In this document: piece by piece, positions 26,905 through 39,658 of the stretch
Layout: every line of letters begins with the position of its first letter
How positions within the stretch are numbered: position 1 is the first letter of the stretch
Assembly (NCBI RefSeq): GCF_030684315.1
Contig: NC_081356.1
Span: 22,655,197-22,719,196 of the forward strand
Reading direction: 5' to 3'
Length of the DNA stretch: 64,000 nt
Source of the DNA: Stegostoma tigrinum
Taxonomy: Eukaryota
The notes under the pieces: model-generated
What the model was told of the DNA's origin: nothing
Databases searched by the model: none
What the model saw: the letters and a program-made list of their open reading frames with translations, nothing else
Translations under genes and position numbers: made by a program

Positions 26905-29029
26905 CTTTACAGCCAATGGTTTGTTTTTGAAATGCAATGCACATTGTTGTGCAGGAAATGCAGTCAATTTTATGTGTAATGAACACCTAAAAATAACAAA
27001 CCGTCAATGACTGGATACCCTCTTTTTAGGATGTTAATTAAGGAATAAATACTGATTGGAAACCTGAGGGTAAATCCCTTGCTGTTGCTTGAAATGGCAC
27101 CATGGGATCAATTACGTACACCCAGGCAGGCAGTGGGACCTCGGTTTAGTTTGTTCTGAAATGGAGCACAATAATGGTGCAGCTGACATCTTTATTCTGT
27201 AGCCAATAGTGTATTGTGAGATAGAGAGCTCTTGTGGCATGGTGGTAGTGTCCTTACCTAGAAGTCTGGATTCAAGTCCCACCTGCTCCATAGGTGTGTT
27301 GTAACATTAAATTAGGTTGATTAGAAAACCGTTGCTGTGTGATTTGATTTCACAACATTTTTGTAAAATTTCTTTGAAACAGTTGATAATGAGAAACATA
27401 GAAATTTTCATACTGCTGTACTCCTTTTCAGAGATTAATGCAGTTGACAATGGTATTGCAAAAGCGTAGAATCTAGAAAGTGCTGGAAATATGTAGCATA
27501 ATCTATTTATTTCAGATTTCCAGCAAACATAATATTTCGCTTTTGTATCGCAAAAGATACAACCAGTTGCTCCATGAGTGGGTGTGTCTGCCAGGTTCTA
27601 ATGGATTTCATCATTGTAAGTAATGAATTATGCTGGCACTTTAATTTTGGTCAATTTAATTATGGTTGTGAACTGAAACTACTCATGTTTTTGGTGAACT
27701 GGCACCCTCGCTCTATTTGTGATAATGACTATTAAATAAACTCGCCAACAGCTACCTGGTACACATTTCTATGGTTATGGTTATGGCATGCATGTAAAAT
27801 TCTCTTACATTATTGGCTTAACTGGCCACAAAGTCCATAAACATTTTTATACTTCTCCGACTGGTCCGCTACATAGACTTGTTGCTTCTGAGATGATGTT
27901 TATAATTGAGTTACTCTTATCATCCACACTACATTTCAATTTAATGTAATATTTGTGCAATATGGAAGTTTTCTCTATGCTTTTCATGCTATATATGATT
28001 TAGTTCTGTTATGTGGACCTTTCAGAGAATTCCAAATAAAAATCAAAGGAAAATATAGGTGAGAAATGAAAGTAGGCATGACAAAAGAAAAGAGGGGTTG
28101 TGTATTGTTTACGAATGGCATAAAGTAAAAGGGGAGAAAACTGGACAGGTATTTGTGATTTATTTGGATTTGGAGGGGAGTCAAACTCTGTAATGGGAAT
28201 GGACATGGGGTAAAATGGTATTCCCTGAGAGAATGTCTACTGAAATCCCCAACACGCTCTCAGTTCATGTGCAAAACATACTGGCATATCCCTGTCAGTG
28301 ATGTCATTCACTCATATTTATTATCTTATTGTTTATTGGCAGGGCGTTTCACAAAGTGTGCATGGGCAGAATTTTCCACGTATGCAACATTAACGTTTTG
28401 GGGGCATTAGGATACACAGCCAGATTCAAACAATTAGTGAAATGTCCCCATTGAGGGAACTTCGAGGCTCCATTACCAAGGACAAATATTAATTTTAACT
28501 TGGACAAGCGGGAATCAGTAATGGGCAACCAGCATGGATGTGTTGAAGTAAAATGATGTCTGAGCCATGATTACGTTAAGGAATAGAAAGGGTCAAGGGA
28601 CTTAGTTCAGTTGATACTATGCCTATTGACTTATAAGCCTTTCAAACCTTGTTACTTACAGCCTTCTTCAGAACGTAGAACCATAAGATATTAAATAGAT
28701 AGCAGTTATTACATAAGATGTTAAATAGATCATGGTTAATAGATATATCAATTGAAAAGGGAAAGGACGTAAACAATAAAGTCACTATGGGCCCATTCTC
28801 TCACCAGAGAGAGACAGTCAACTGGCGGTGAGTTTAACCTGAGGGTCCCACCCTTGAGACAAAAGATGACGTCAAGAAGACAGGACCGAGATGGTGACTG
28901 CAGTTGGTTAGGTTTTGAACCCACATTATCAGCGCACATACTAGTCATCCAGCCAATGGAGCTAACTAATCCCCTATGCTAAGCAATGATGATGCACACA
29001 TGTACTTCTGTTTGGAGAGAATGATGAGG

Positions 29030-29715
29030 TAGTGTTCTCCAGGGTTAATATTGTGATCATTGATTTAAGCACATGAATTTGTGTATGATGGGTCCATTTC
29101 CAAAGTTTGTAAATGATACAAAAGTTGGAAATATGTTAAATAATGAGGCAGATGGAAATGTCTTCAGGAAGATTGAGGTAATTGATCCTATATGCTCTGG
29201 GGTTTAGAAGAATAAGATAGGATCGTATTGAATCATACCAAGTTCTTGCATGTCCTGACAGGGTAGATGAAGGATGGATGTTTCCTCTGACTCAAGGCAA
29301 AGATCGACAAATTCTTGATCTCAGAAGGAATCAAGGGCTATAGGGAGAATACAGGGAAGTGGAGTTGAAATGCCCATCAGCCATGATTTAAATGGTGGAG
29401 TGGACTTGATGGGCCAAATGGCTTTACTTCCACTCCTATGTCTTATGGTCTTATAGAAGATTTAGAACCAGAGAACATGGTTTCAAAATGTGAAGAAGGT
29501 CATTAAGAAATTTCTGCCCTCAGAGGCTGATGAATCTTTGAAATTCTCAAGCTGAGAGGGCTTTGGGTGCTCAGTCATTGAACAAATTCAAAGATTGATA
29601 GATTTTCCAGTATTAAAGATTTAAAGAGACGGAAACAGTGCAGGAAAATGGCACTGAAATAGAAGATAAGCCATTATTTTGTTCTATGATTCAAAGGGCT
29701 AAAAGGCTGAGTCTT
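29030..29715 (+). mobile_element. Nested degenerate CR1 fragments
   Basis: SKVCK.DTK-like RT remnant and two CR1 3' UTRs. Confidence 0.7.
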
Positions 29716-29877
29716 GTTGTAATTTATTATGTTTTTAAGTTTCTATTCCTGTATTTGAAATAAGTATTGAAGATATTGCAGGAACCATAGACCAACTAAT
29801 GTAATGTCAGTAGTAGGCAAGATAAAGAAATATTAATGGATGTGAGTTTGCTCGCTGAGCTGGAAGGTTAGTTTTCA

Positions 29878-29911
29878 GACGTTTCGTCACCATTCTAGGT
29901 AACATCATCAG
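29878..29911 (-). ncRNA. Minimal hammerhead ribozyme of a second family, inside an 87-bp TSD-flanked insert (29838-29924)
   Basis: Minus strand TCA-CTGATGA-T-GTTACC-TAGAAT-GGTGAC-GAAA-CGTC-TGA. Stem I TCA/TGA and a 6-bp stem II. Confidence 0.8.
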
Positions 29912-30279
29912 TGAGCCTCCGACGAAGAAATATTAATCTCAGACCGGCAGAGCATATAAAAAAATACAAACTTAAAACTAAGTGACAGGAAACACACAGT
30001 AATGGTTACTGAATGTTTCTCAGACTATGTGAGGGTTTGCAATATAGTTCCCCATGCTTTACAGTACGCATTGGGAAAAGACAGTCTGTAGGAGTATTCT
30101 CGATCAGAGTTTTCCCTAAAGTTTTCCCTTTGTATAATGGGACAAGACCGGCTAGAAAGGCTAGAAGTAAAAATAATGAGCAATAATAGCTCGTGGAAAT
30201 GATTTTCTTTCCGATGAGATGATACTACAGGGTACAACTAGTCAAAAATGATGAGTCAAAGAAGTCTTTGTAAAAGTTT

Positions 30280-31175
30280 TCATAACTGCATCATCAATCA
30301 CCTTCCCTTCATCATAAGGTCAGAATTGGGAATTTGTCACTATTCGTGACTCCTCAGATACTGAAGCAATGCATGTTCAAACACAGCAAGACCTGAATAA
30401 TGTCCAACCATGAGCTGACAAGTGGCAAGTAATATTTGGGCCGTACAAGTGCCAGGCAATGAACGTCTCCAACAAGAGAGAATTCAAACATGATCTCATG
30501 ACATGACATGACCATCACAAAACCCCACTATCAACATCTTGGAGTTTACCATTGACTAGAAACTGAACTGGACTAGCCATACAAATACCACGACTACAAA
30601 ACCATGACAGAAGCTTCAAACCCTGAAGGGAGCAACTCACCTCCTGACTCAACCATACCTGTGAACCATCTGCAAAGAGCAAGTTAGGAGTGCAACGCAG
30701 TACACCTGTCTGAATGGGTGCAGCTCCAACAAATTTAAGAAAGTTGACACCATACAGGGCAAAACAGACCATTTCTTGGCACCACAACCACAAACATTCA
30801 CACCCTCCACCACTGATGTTCAGTAGCAGAAGTGCGTACCACGTACAAGTTATGGAGAAATCCATCATGGTTCCTTAGACAATACCTTTCAAACACACAA
30901 CTATTATATTTAGAAGGACGAGGGCAGCAGGTACTTAGAAACACCATGACCTGCAACTTCCCCTTCACGCCACTCACCATCCTGACTTGGAAATATATCA
31001 TTGTTTTGGTATCACTGGGTCAAAAACCTGGAACTTCTTCCCTCACAGTACTGTGTGTCTGACTACACCAAATGGACTGCAGCAGTTCAAGAATGCATCT
31101 CTCCACCACCTTCTCGAGGGCAACTATGAGTGAGTAATAAATGTTTGCCTAGCCAGCAATGTCTGCATTCCCTGA
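30280..31175 (+). mobile_element. L2/CR1-clade LINE 3' fragment
   Basis: QQDLNNVQ..ADKWQVIFGPYKCQAM RT C-terminal pattern. The 3' tail CACCACCTTCTC.AGGGCAACTA...AATAAATG is shared with other copies. Confidence 0.75.
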
Positions 31176-32597
31176 CTCTCTTTTTTTGTAAAGTACTACA
31201 GAGGACTAGGAAATGCCTCTCTCAATGAAACTGGTCAGATCAACAGCACAGAATACTGACTGATAAAGTGAACTAGCTCACGCCCTTAGAAGACCCTGAT
31301 GAAAATTAGAAACTCAGGAAATGAAATTGGGAATTAAAGAATTCTGGATTAAGTGCCACATTTTCGTCCTTCCACACAGCCTTCCTTAATCATGAAAATC
31401 CAAGTCTTTGTTTCAGATTTCTAGCACCTGTTATACTTTTGGTTTTGGACAGAGACTAGCAACTGCTTATCAGATAATGGCGTCTTGCCACGATTAACTT
31501 TGGACTCGAGTCCTAGTTCCAAATTTCCAACTCAGTTAAACAAGGTTGATAACAAAATCAGTGAAAACAATAATTCATCTGTCCTTGCATTCTGCCAGTT
31601 TGCAAAAGTCAGCAAGGGAAGTTACTGATGTAGGTGAAGCAAACTTAGAAGAGAAATTGCTGGCGGAATTTTCTGGTAGCGATGAGGTTGTCAGCAATGT
31701 CGCCAAAAGTACTTATCACTCCTGCTCATAGACAGCACTGCATTCCACATGTGATCAGCCAATTAGCTATTCATTGTCAAGGAGAAGCAGGCAAGAAATT
31801 GATGCCAAGTCCCCACCCTTACTTCACCGGATCAGAGGTTTGGTTGTCAAATTTAAAGAGCACCCAGACACACAAGTCATTCCCTTTAAGCCTGGACAAT
31901 CATTTTCATTTTTGAAGGAGGTTTTGGAAACTGCTAACGCCGCCACCCCACACTGAAGTGAGAAATGTCTGACTACAGATGAGGAATAGTCTCACGGTTC
32001 ATCAATGCCTCTGTACGGTTCTCCAGGCTGTCAGGAACAATTGAAGGTCCTGTTTCCGAGGGCCCGCAGCAAGGGATCCAACCATCTTAACAAAGACAGG
32101 CAGAGCCGAGGTTATAATGGTTGTGAGCAGTTGTGGAATCCATGCAGAACCTGCCTGCAGTACAAGGAAAAAGATAAGTTTCTTAAGACTCTCTGTACCA
32201 AGTGCTGCAGCACTCTACCTGCTCGGCCTAAACAGTGGAACTTCATTTACGGCAGCCCAGTAGTTTGTTCTATTGTTGCCCTTACTATGGCTTAAACAGC
32301 ATTGTACCTTTCCCCTGCTCACTTGCCGGGATTCTGCATTGGCATCATGTGTTACATTTTCTGCAGATACCCTCTGTAGTTGCTGACAGGGAACTAAGCG
32401 TTATATAGCCTGAAGAGTAAGTAAGGATCTAAGAGTTCACAAAAACACCTGAGATGTGAGAGTACAAGGCAGAAGTATTTGCTTCTGTAGTCCTAGACAG
32501 GTTGGATGTTGACAAGAGTGCAAGCCCTTTTGGCGTTTGACTGAACAAGATTTGGGAGATCAAGGGATGTAGAGAGAAGGTCAAATTGCCACAGGAA

Positions 32598-33335
32598 TTA
32601 GGGGCTGGAGTAAGCCATTCAGCCCATCAAATCTGTTCCATCATTCACAGAGACCATGGTTAACCTGATAATCCTCAACTCTACTCTCCTACCTTTTTCT
32701 AATAAAACTTTAATTCCCTAGCTGATTAAAAATCTGTTTATCTCAGCTTTGAATATACTTAATGATCTAGTCTCTACAACCTTCTGTGGTAAATAATTCC
32801 ACAGATTCATTACATGCTGAGAAAGGAAGTTCTTCCTCATTTCTGTCTTAAATGGATGAGCTCTTACTCTGAGATCATGGCATCTGGTCCTAATCTCTCC
32901 CAAAGGGGAAACAACCTTTCTGCATCTACCCTGTCAAATCCCCTAAGAATCTTACATGCTTCAACATGGTAATCTCTCATTCTTCTATAATCAAATAAAT
33001 ACAGGTTCAATTTTGTCACTGTCTCCTCAAAAGATGGTTCCTCTATACCTGGTACCAGTAGACTGAACCTTTTCTGAGCTGCCTCTAGTGCTGATACATC
33101 TTTCCTCAGATAAGGGGTCAAAAACTGTCCACAGCATTCCAACTGTGGTTTAATTTGTATAATTTCAGTAAGACATCTCTATTTTTAGACAAAATTTCAT
33201 TTGAAATAAAGTTCAACATTTCATTTGCCTTCTCTATTATCTTCTGAACATATATGCTAGCATTTTGCGATTTATGCATGAGCGTTCCCAATCCCTCTAT
33301 GCTGTGGCTTTCTGTGGTCTTTCCCCTCTATTCTT
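32598..33335 (-). mobile_element. CR1 LINE 3' fragment
   Basis: PYLRKDVSALEAAQKRFS and FKTEMRKNF.SQ.VMNLWN.LPQKVVE. Confidence 0.85.
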
Positions 33336-33613
33336 TCTGTCAGAGTAATTGCAAAAGTGAGGATTACTATTTATGATTTCTCCTTCACAGATGCTGTTAG
33401 ACCTGCTGAGCTTTTCCAGCAACTTTGTTTTTATTACTATTTATGAACCACATATACACTTTCAGCTCTTGTATTACAGTGTCATGTATAGCATAACTTT
33501 AATTTTAGCAGTTATTCCACCAGGGCTATCTACTTTCATGTTTGTAGGCTATAGCATAAGTTTCTTCAGCCTAGTGTCTGACATGATAGGACACTGCATT
33601 ATGATCCCAGCTG

Positions 33614-33707
33614 ATATTACTACTGAATAACTCAGATTCCAGACTGAAATCTAGTGTAGTATATTACTACTGAATAAATCAGATTCCAGACTGAAATCTA
33701 GTGTAGT
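33614..33707. repeat. 47-bp tandem duplication (2 copies)
   Basis: ATATTACTACTGAATAA(C/A)TCAGATTCCAGACTGAAATCTAGTGTAGT x2. Confidence 0.9.
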
Positions 33708-33959
33708 GAATAATAATTTTTTTAATTGGTGGTCTTTCACTGAAACATATACAACACAGTGATACAGATTAGGTTTTAACGGTAAAATAGAAGTTTAATA
33801 CTCAAAAGAATTGACCATAAAATAGAATAAACCAGACAACTAACAAACAACACAATTTGAAATTTTTTGAAATGCATAGCAAAACAAAATCCCATCTATG
33901 CCAATGCCTTTACTTTACCTTAACAAAATGTCATAATATGTTCTTCTCTATCCCAACTG

Positions 33960-34330
33960 TAGGTTTATTTATGAGATGTGGGCATCACTGGCTGGCCAGC
34001 ATTCATTGTCCATCCTTTGTTGCTCTTGAGAAGATGGTAGTGGGCTACCTTCTTGAATCGCTGCAGTCCACCTGCTTTGGGTCAACACATGACGCTGTTA
34101 GGGAGGGGATTCCAGGCTTTTGCTGTAGCAACAGTAGTGACAGGGATATATTTCCAAGTCAGTATGGTGAGTGGGTTGGAGAAAAACTTGAATATGGTGG
34201 TGTTCCCATGGATCTGCTGCCCTTGACCTTTGAGATGGAAGTGGTTGTGGGTTTGGAAGGCGCTGTCAGAGGATCTTTGGTGAATTCCTGCAGTGCATTT
34301 TGTAAATTGTATACACTGCTACTACTAAGT
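33960..34330 (-). mobile_element. 3' end of the L2/CR1-clade LINE family
   Basis: Reverse complement of the 30820-31175 tail. Confidence 0.75.
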
Positions 34331-34759
34331 GTCATTTTAGATTAACTGTTTCTTTCAATTCCATTCTTGAGAGCTTGATAGCCTCTTCCTTGATTATTTA
34401 TACAATTGAGTCAAAACTTTCTTTGTATAAATAACTCCTCAGTATTCTCACCAAACACTTCTGGTTTGGAATTTACAGAATACAACTGTTACATGTATTT
34501 TCTAACTGCCCTGAACTAACTCCTTTCTCCAAGAGAAAATATTCCTACATCTGACACCATTCAGGTCTTCTGTAAATCAAAGCCCAAAGATTTCCAATCT
34601 ATGTGTTTTGCATAACTAAAACATATCTCATTATTCTTCTAAACCAAAAACTGGTGAATGTCTTTCAATGTTTGCTCCCTGCAATTGTAAAACTTACACA
34701 ATGCAAACAAAATCAAGTCTCCAGAAAGACTGATATGTTAATTATTAATATAAGCCAAA

Positions 34760-35720
34760 ACAGACATGCCACCACTTCAAAATCCAAATTTAAAAATCAA
34801 TATTTAAGACAAAAGTAACACTCATTCTTTTATAAAATTTAAAAATGTCCATTGACATAGGTTCTGTGCAACCTGAGTCAGTTGAATCATTAAATTTATT
34901 TGCAGCGGTAATTTCCTCGAGGAATGCCTGCTTATTGTTTTGAATGAAGTTACATCATTGATTGTGGCTTTTATTTTTGTTCGAGTGGCCTGACTACACT
35001 AATTAAGGCCAAGCATTTAGCTTACGGCATCACCAAGATTTCTTCTACAGATCTTCGGGAAATGAGTTTCAGAATTACCAATATTGCATTCTTTTGCTAT
35101 GCCTGTAACTGTGATGCTTTGTTTAACCTCAACACTCACAGAGGCACTTGATATCTGCTGTTTGGCTTACAGTCTATGGTGGTGAGTCACTTGCCCCTTT
35201 AGCATATCCATACATTAAGAATTGAATAAGTCCAGTTGCTCTACTGTGATATGTCATTGTTCTCGTCTCAGAATCAATCCCTGAGTCTTCCCTGGATTCT
35301 AGTTAGCATAATTTTAATAGCTTTCTCTAAAGTAAAATCTTCCATGAACTGTAAGAAATCTGACAAAGGTTCATTAATAATCCAAAAAAAATTCAATATC
35401 TACTTATCTCTTATTTCAAAGTCACAGCTTTCATCTAATCTTTAGAGGTTGTTAATGAAATTATCTACCAATTCCTCTGTAAGTGCACTGTCCTGTTAAA
35501 TCTAGCCTGTTCAAGAGTTTTATGAACTGTCAGATTTAAGTAATTATCAGAGCTTTTAAAACTTTGTCACAAGTATCTGTCTCTGCCTCAATATTATTTC
35601 AATTTGTAATGCCAGCTGCATGAATTAACTTGTTTAGCTTCAGAATAACATTTTAATTTTGAAGCAATTCTGTATTTTAAAAGATGTTCTTTCCAAGATA
35701 TTCTTCTAAGTGTTCTGTTT
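34760..35720 (-). mobile_element. Decayed Ty3/Gypsy gag (possibly extending into protease) remnant
   Basis: Minus strand gives WKEHLLKYRIASKL..SEAKQVNS, LEQARFNR, VDNFINNL.RLDESCDF and LSDFLQFMEDFTLEKAIKI, matching the Gypsy gag pattern, plus a knuckle-like KECN...HFPKICR. Confidence 0.65.
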
Positions 35721-37515
35721 GGTCCATCTCTTACACTGAATCATTTTGTAAGCGTCTGTTGTCTTCAAACTTGTTTTCTTGCAATAAATCAATGTTGCTT
35801 ACATTATATTGTCTTAAAGTTGGCTTCACACTTTTAATCTGTGTTAAAGTTACATGAATTGTTTCCAATAAATCTGTAAATACTGTTAAGTAACAACACT
35901 GTATTGTGTTATCTCGTTATACTGCTTGCTGAGAATATTCCTGCCTATTTTAATGATCAAAATTGTCATTCCCATCTTCGAGAACATTTTCCTATGTTTA
36001 GTAGATAGGTCTTTTTTTCTTTTCTCTTCCTGGGTAAATTGGATGATTTCTTGCTTTTCATGGCCCAAACACAAAGCATGATGTTTTGAAGTAAACTTCT
36101 TTGACTGCAGTCTTAACAAGTCTTCACATCGAAATCATTGTTTACATTACAAATGTCCCAATTTCATTAAAGTATTAAAATTCTTCTAACTTTCATCTAT
36201 CAGACCCTTCAAATTTTTGAAATCTTCCATTGTACCACCATTGTCAAATTCTATGGCCTTTACAATATTACAGCCCAATGTAAATTATTTTTCCTGTTCT
36301 TTGTATCTGTGTGACATGGAGCCTGCTCAGGATTTAGCCATGCTCATAGTGAAAGATGAGAACTGTTTTACACTCCTGCCTAATTTCTGTGCAAAGTTTG
36401 TAACCATTTCCTTCCTTTCCCTTTGGTATCTCTAAATTTATTGATGGAATCTTCAATTACTCCCTGACCAACCTCCTTCTCTGAAGTTCCATTGTGGGCT
36501 AGCTTCTTTTTCTCAGCCCATGCCATTTTGCCTGTGGCCCTTACCAGATTATGAAGTGAGTGTTTTCTTCCAAGAAAACTACATTTGTCCTGCTGCACCT
36601 CACATGACTGTTTCTATTGGTCAATTATCACAGTCTGGCTGCTGAATGGCTCAGTGTTTTCCTAAAGCAGTGATGTTCTTGAAGTGGTAAAGTCACTTCT
36701 TTGCTCACCAGAAAAATGGAATCTACATTGCTGCTCACTATGTCATAACGGATTCTGGGTACACTACATTGGCAGCTGATGGTTGGTGTTATTCGCTGAC
36801 ACCAATCTTCCTTTCTATATGGACACCAAGGGTCTGTCCAATTATAAAGATTGCAAATGAACCACTAGAGAGTATTAATTAGAAGAGACACATGCCTTGC
36901 ATTTCAAAATATATTTAATTGCATGATAAAAATAAATACAATTAACATTAAGCACCCTGGCACAATCACAACCATCAGGAGCCAGGTCTGTCGTATCAGA
37001 CTTCCTCAGGGCCCCACACAAGACTACTGTTTCTCCATCCAAAGACTGTGTCACATTATCAAATTGGGTAGAGCTATGCAACATCAACATTAATGTTTTC
37101 AGAACTATTAACTTATACAATAAATGAGACATGATTCATATTCCAACAGCACTTTTACTCTGACAATTTTTCAGTTTGATTTGAAGTATTAATATGTTGT
37201 CCCCGTACTTGAGTTCCCACCAGTTACACCAGTGTTGAGTCCCCACTGAAATCTACCTCTGTTTCTGCCAAAGTTCAAGAGATCAGGAATGCGGTGAGGA
37301 TGGGCCTTTGACAGCTTGTTCAATCAGCAGCAGAAATTCACAGGATTACTAGGGATCCCCTTGAATGGCAACATGGTTTTGTTTTACAGGGGCACTGGAT
37401 CAGCTGGGTACAACAAATACTTAAATATTCTGGGACAGTTGGTTAGGTGCTCAAGAAAGCATATTTACAAAGAAAACTGACTGATTTTCCTCCATTTGAA
37501 ACAGAGACTCCCCTC

Positions 37516-37790
37516 CCCTATCAAGTATAAAACGGCAAGTTGTCAAATGTTTGACATTTGACATACTTACACAAGTTTATTGATGGACAACTTTGTTCAC
37601 ATCCTCAAATACATTGCACCATTTCCAACAAACATTGTGATCGTCAAGTACCTGCCCTATCAAGTATAAAACGGCAAGTTGTCAAATGTTTGACATTTGA
37701 CATACTTACACAAGTTTATTGATGGACAACTTTGTTCATATCCTCAAATATTTTGCACCATTTCCAACAAACATTGTGATAGTCAAGTAC
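37516..37790. repeat. 139-bp tandem duplication (2 copies), each with a 10-bp-arm palindrome
   Basis: Copies start at 37516 and 37655. TGTCAAATGT-TTG-ACATTTGACA at 37541-37563 and 37680-37702. Confidence 0.9.
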
Positions 37791-38154
37791 ACTAAAAGTT
37801 AATCTCTGTACAAAGATTAAAATTGTGCAGTTATTTATTAGCTCACAGTTTTACTTCTGATAGTCTTTTCTAGAACCTAAAAATGTGTAAAAACTGTTAT
37901 CTGATTTCATTTAATTACATGTACAGTAAATTATGTTTCTTGGTAGCTTTAAAAGCTGTATCCACAACACAATGAATCATTAAGTTTGTAAATGGAACCG
38001 TGATGGACCTTAAGATATCATAGCCTCGACTGCTAGGAAATTAGTTTATTCACCAAAATTAGTTTATTCGATAACTCCAACCATTAGCTGTCAATGTAGT
38101 GTACCCAGAATCCAACATGACATAGCGAGCAGCAATGTGGATTTCATTTTCATG

Positions 38155-38430
38155 ATGAGGACAAGGGCAGCAGATATATGGGAACACCACGACCTTCAAG
38201 TTTCCCTCAAGCCACTCACCACCCTGACTTGGAAATATATCGCTGTTCCTTCACTGTTGCTGGGTCAAAATCCTGGAATTTCCTCCCTAATGGCATTGTG
38301 AGTCAAGGCACAGCAGGTGGACTGCAGCTGTTCAAGAAGGCAGTTCACCAGCACCTTCTCAAGTGCAGGTAGGGATGGGCAATAAATGCTGGCTGGCCAG
38401 CCAGCGATGTCCACATCCCACAAATGCCTG
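38155..38430 (+). mobile_element. 3' end of the L2/CR1-clade LINE family
   Basis: CCTGACTTGGAAATATATCGCTGTTCC...GGGATGGGCAATAAATGCTGGC, as in 30980-31160. Confidence 0.8.
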
Positions 38431-38562
38431 GGAAAAAAATGTGTATGTCTTCATTTAATGAACACGCTGCTAATGCAGAACATTTCAAACAGCCTTTCCT
38501 ACATTGTATCAGTAACTACAATTCAATATGACATATTTGGCTCTAAAATATCTTCGGGCAGC

Positions 38563-38782
38563 AGGTGAGTGCATGGAATGAACTGGCAGAGGAAGTGGTT
38601 CAGGCTGGTATAATTACAACATTTAAAAGGCATCTAAGATGGGTATACAAATAGGAAGTGTTTAGAGGGATATGGGCCAAATATTGGCAAACAGAACTAG
38701 ATTAATTTTGGATATCTGGTTGGCATGGACGAGTTGGACCAAAAGGACTATTTTCCACACTGTATAGCTTTATGACTCAATG
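38563..38782 (+). mobile_element. CR1 3' tail fragment
   Basis: TGGAATGAACTGGCAGAGGAAGTGG...GGATATGGGCCAAA. Confidence 0.75.
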
Positions 38783-38825
38783 ATGGACATTGCTTACCTG
38801 TTATTGCGCAGGCAGAAATATAAGC

Positions 38826-39030
38826 ACCATCAGAAGTTCCTCATTGAATCCCTACGGTGTGGAAGCAGGCCATTCAGCCCATTAATACCACACCTCTGAA
38901 GAACATTCCACTCAGACCCACCCTCTAGACTATCCCTGCAGTCCCCATGCCTACTCTTACGAGTCCCTGGACACTGGCAATTTTGCACGGCTGTAGGAGG
39001 TAACTGGAGAACCCGGAGGGGAGCCATGCA
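38826..39030 (-). mobile_element. HE1-type SINE 3' portion
   Basis: Similar to 42778-42970. Confidence 0.65.
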
Positions 39031-39239
39031 GGCATAGCAAAGGCTACACGAGCTTTGTCTCGTTCTTTTAGGTTCATAGACATGAATTTGTCCCTCACCG
39101 CCTTACACATCTTTTGGGGGCTGCCAGAAGATAACTTCAACATGGGAAACATTCCGCACTTAAACATTGGCAAAAGTTGTCTGCTGAAAGAGGCAGTGGA
39201 AATATAGACGAAAATGAACTCAGCAGCTTTTTTTCCCCC

Positions 39240-39486
39240 CCAAATGCGCTCCGGATAGACGTGCTGCGGCTGGAATTTGCATGGTCTGACGTCATTGGGT
39301 AGGCTTTCCGGGAGGGAGCAAACCCTTTTGAACCGGCGCAAGTGGAGCAGGAGGTGGGTGTAATGGGAGCGGGTCGGGGGCTAATCGGTATAACTGGGTT
39401 GGGTGGGGGGAGTGCGTGTGTTGTTTCCGAATAAATACTGGCAGGAAGACGCTTGTTCACTTGCTGTTACGCCCCATGAAACATTG
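39240..39486 (+). promoter_or_regulatory. PLIN2: PLIN2 CpG-rich proximal promoter and non-coding exon 1 (~39459-39486)
   Basis: ACGTG (HRE-like) ~39259; ATTTGCAT 39275-39282; perfect CRE TGACGTCA 39287-39294 overlapping ATTGG; TATA-like ATAAATA 39431-39437; Inr-like TCACTT ~39457; donor TG|gtaatt after 39486. Confidence 0.65.
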
Positions 39487-39658
39487 GTAATTTCTGTCCT
39501 GATTAAGCCCTGACGTGGCTGCGATTCTCGGTTGTTAATAATTGTGTGAACGGTGAGCTCTGAATCGGGGCGAAGGGATGGGCAAAGCAGCTCGGATTCA
39601 CGCGAAGCTCTTTTGTTCTGAAACTCGATTTCATTTTTTTTAATGCAGAGCGGAAGCC

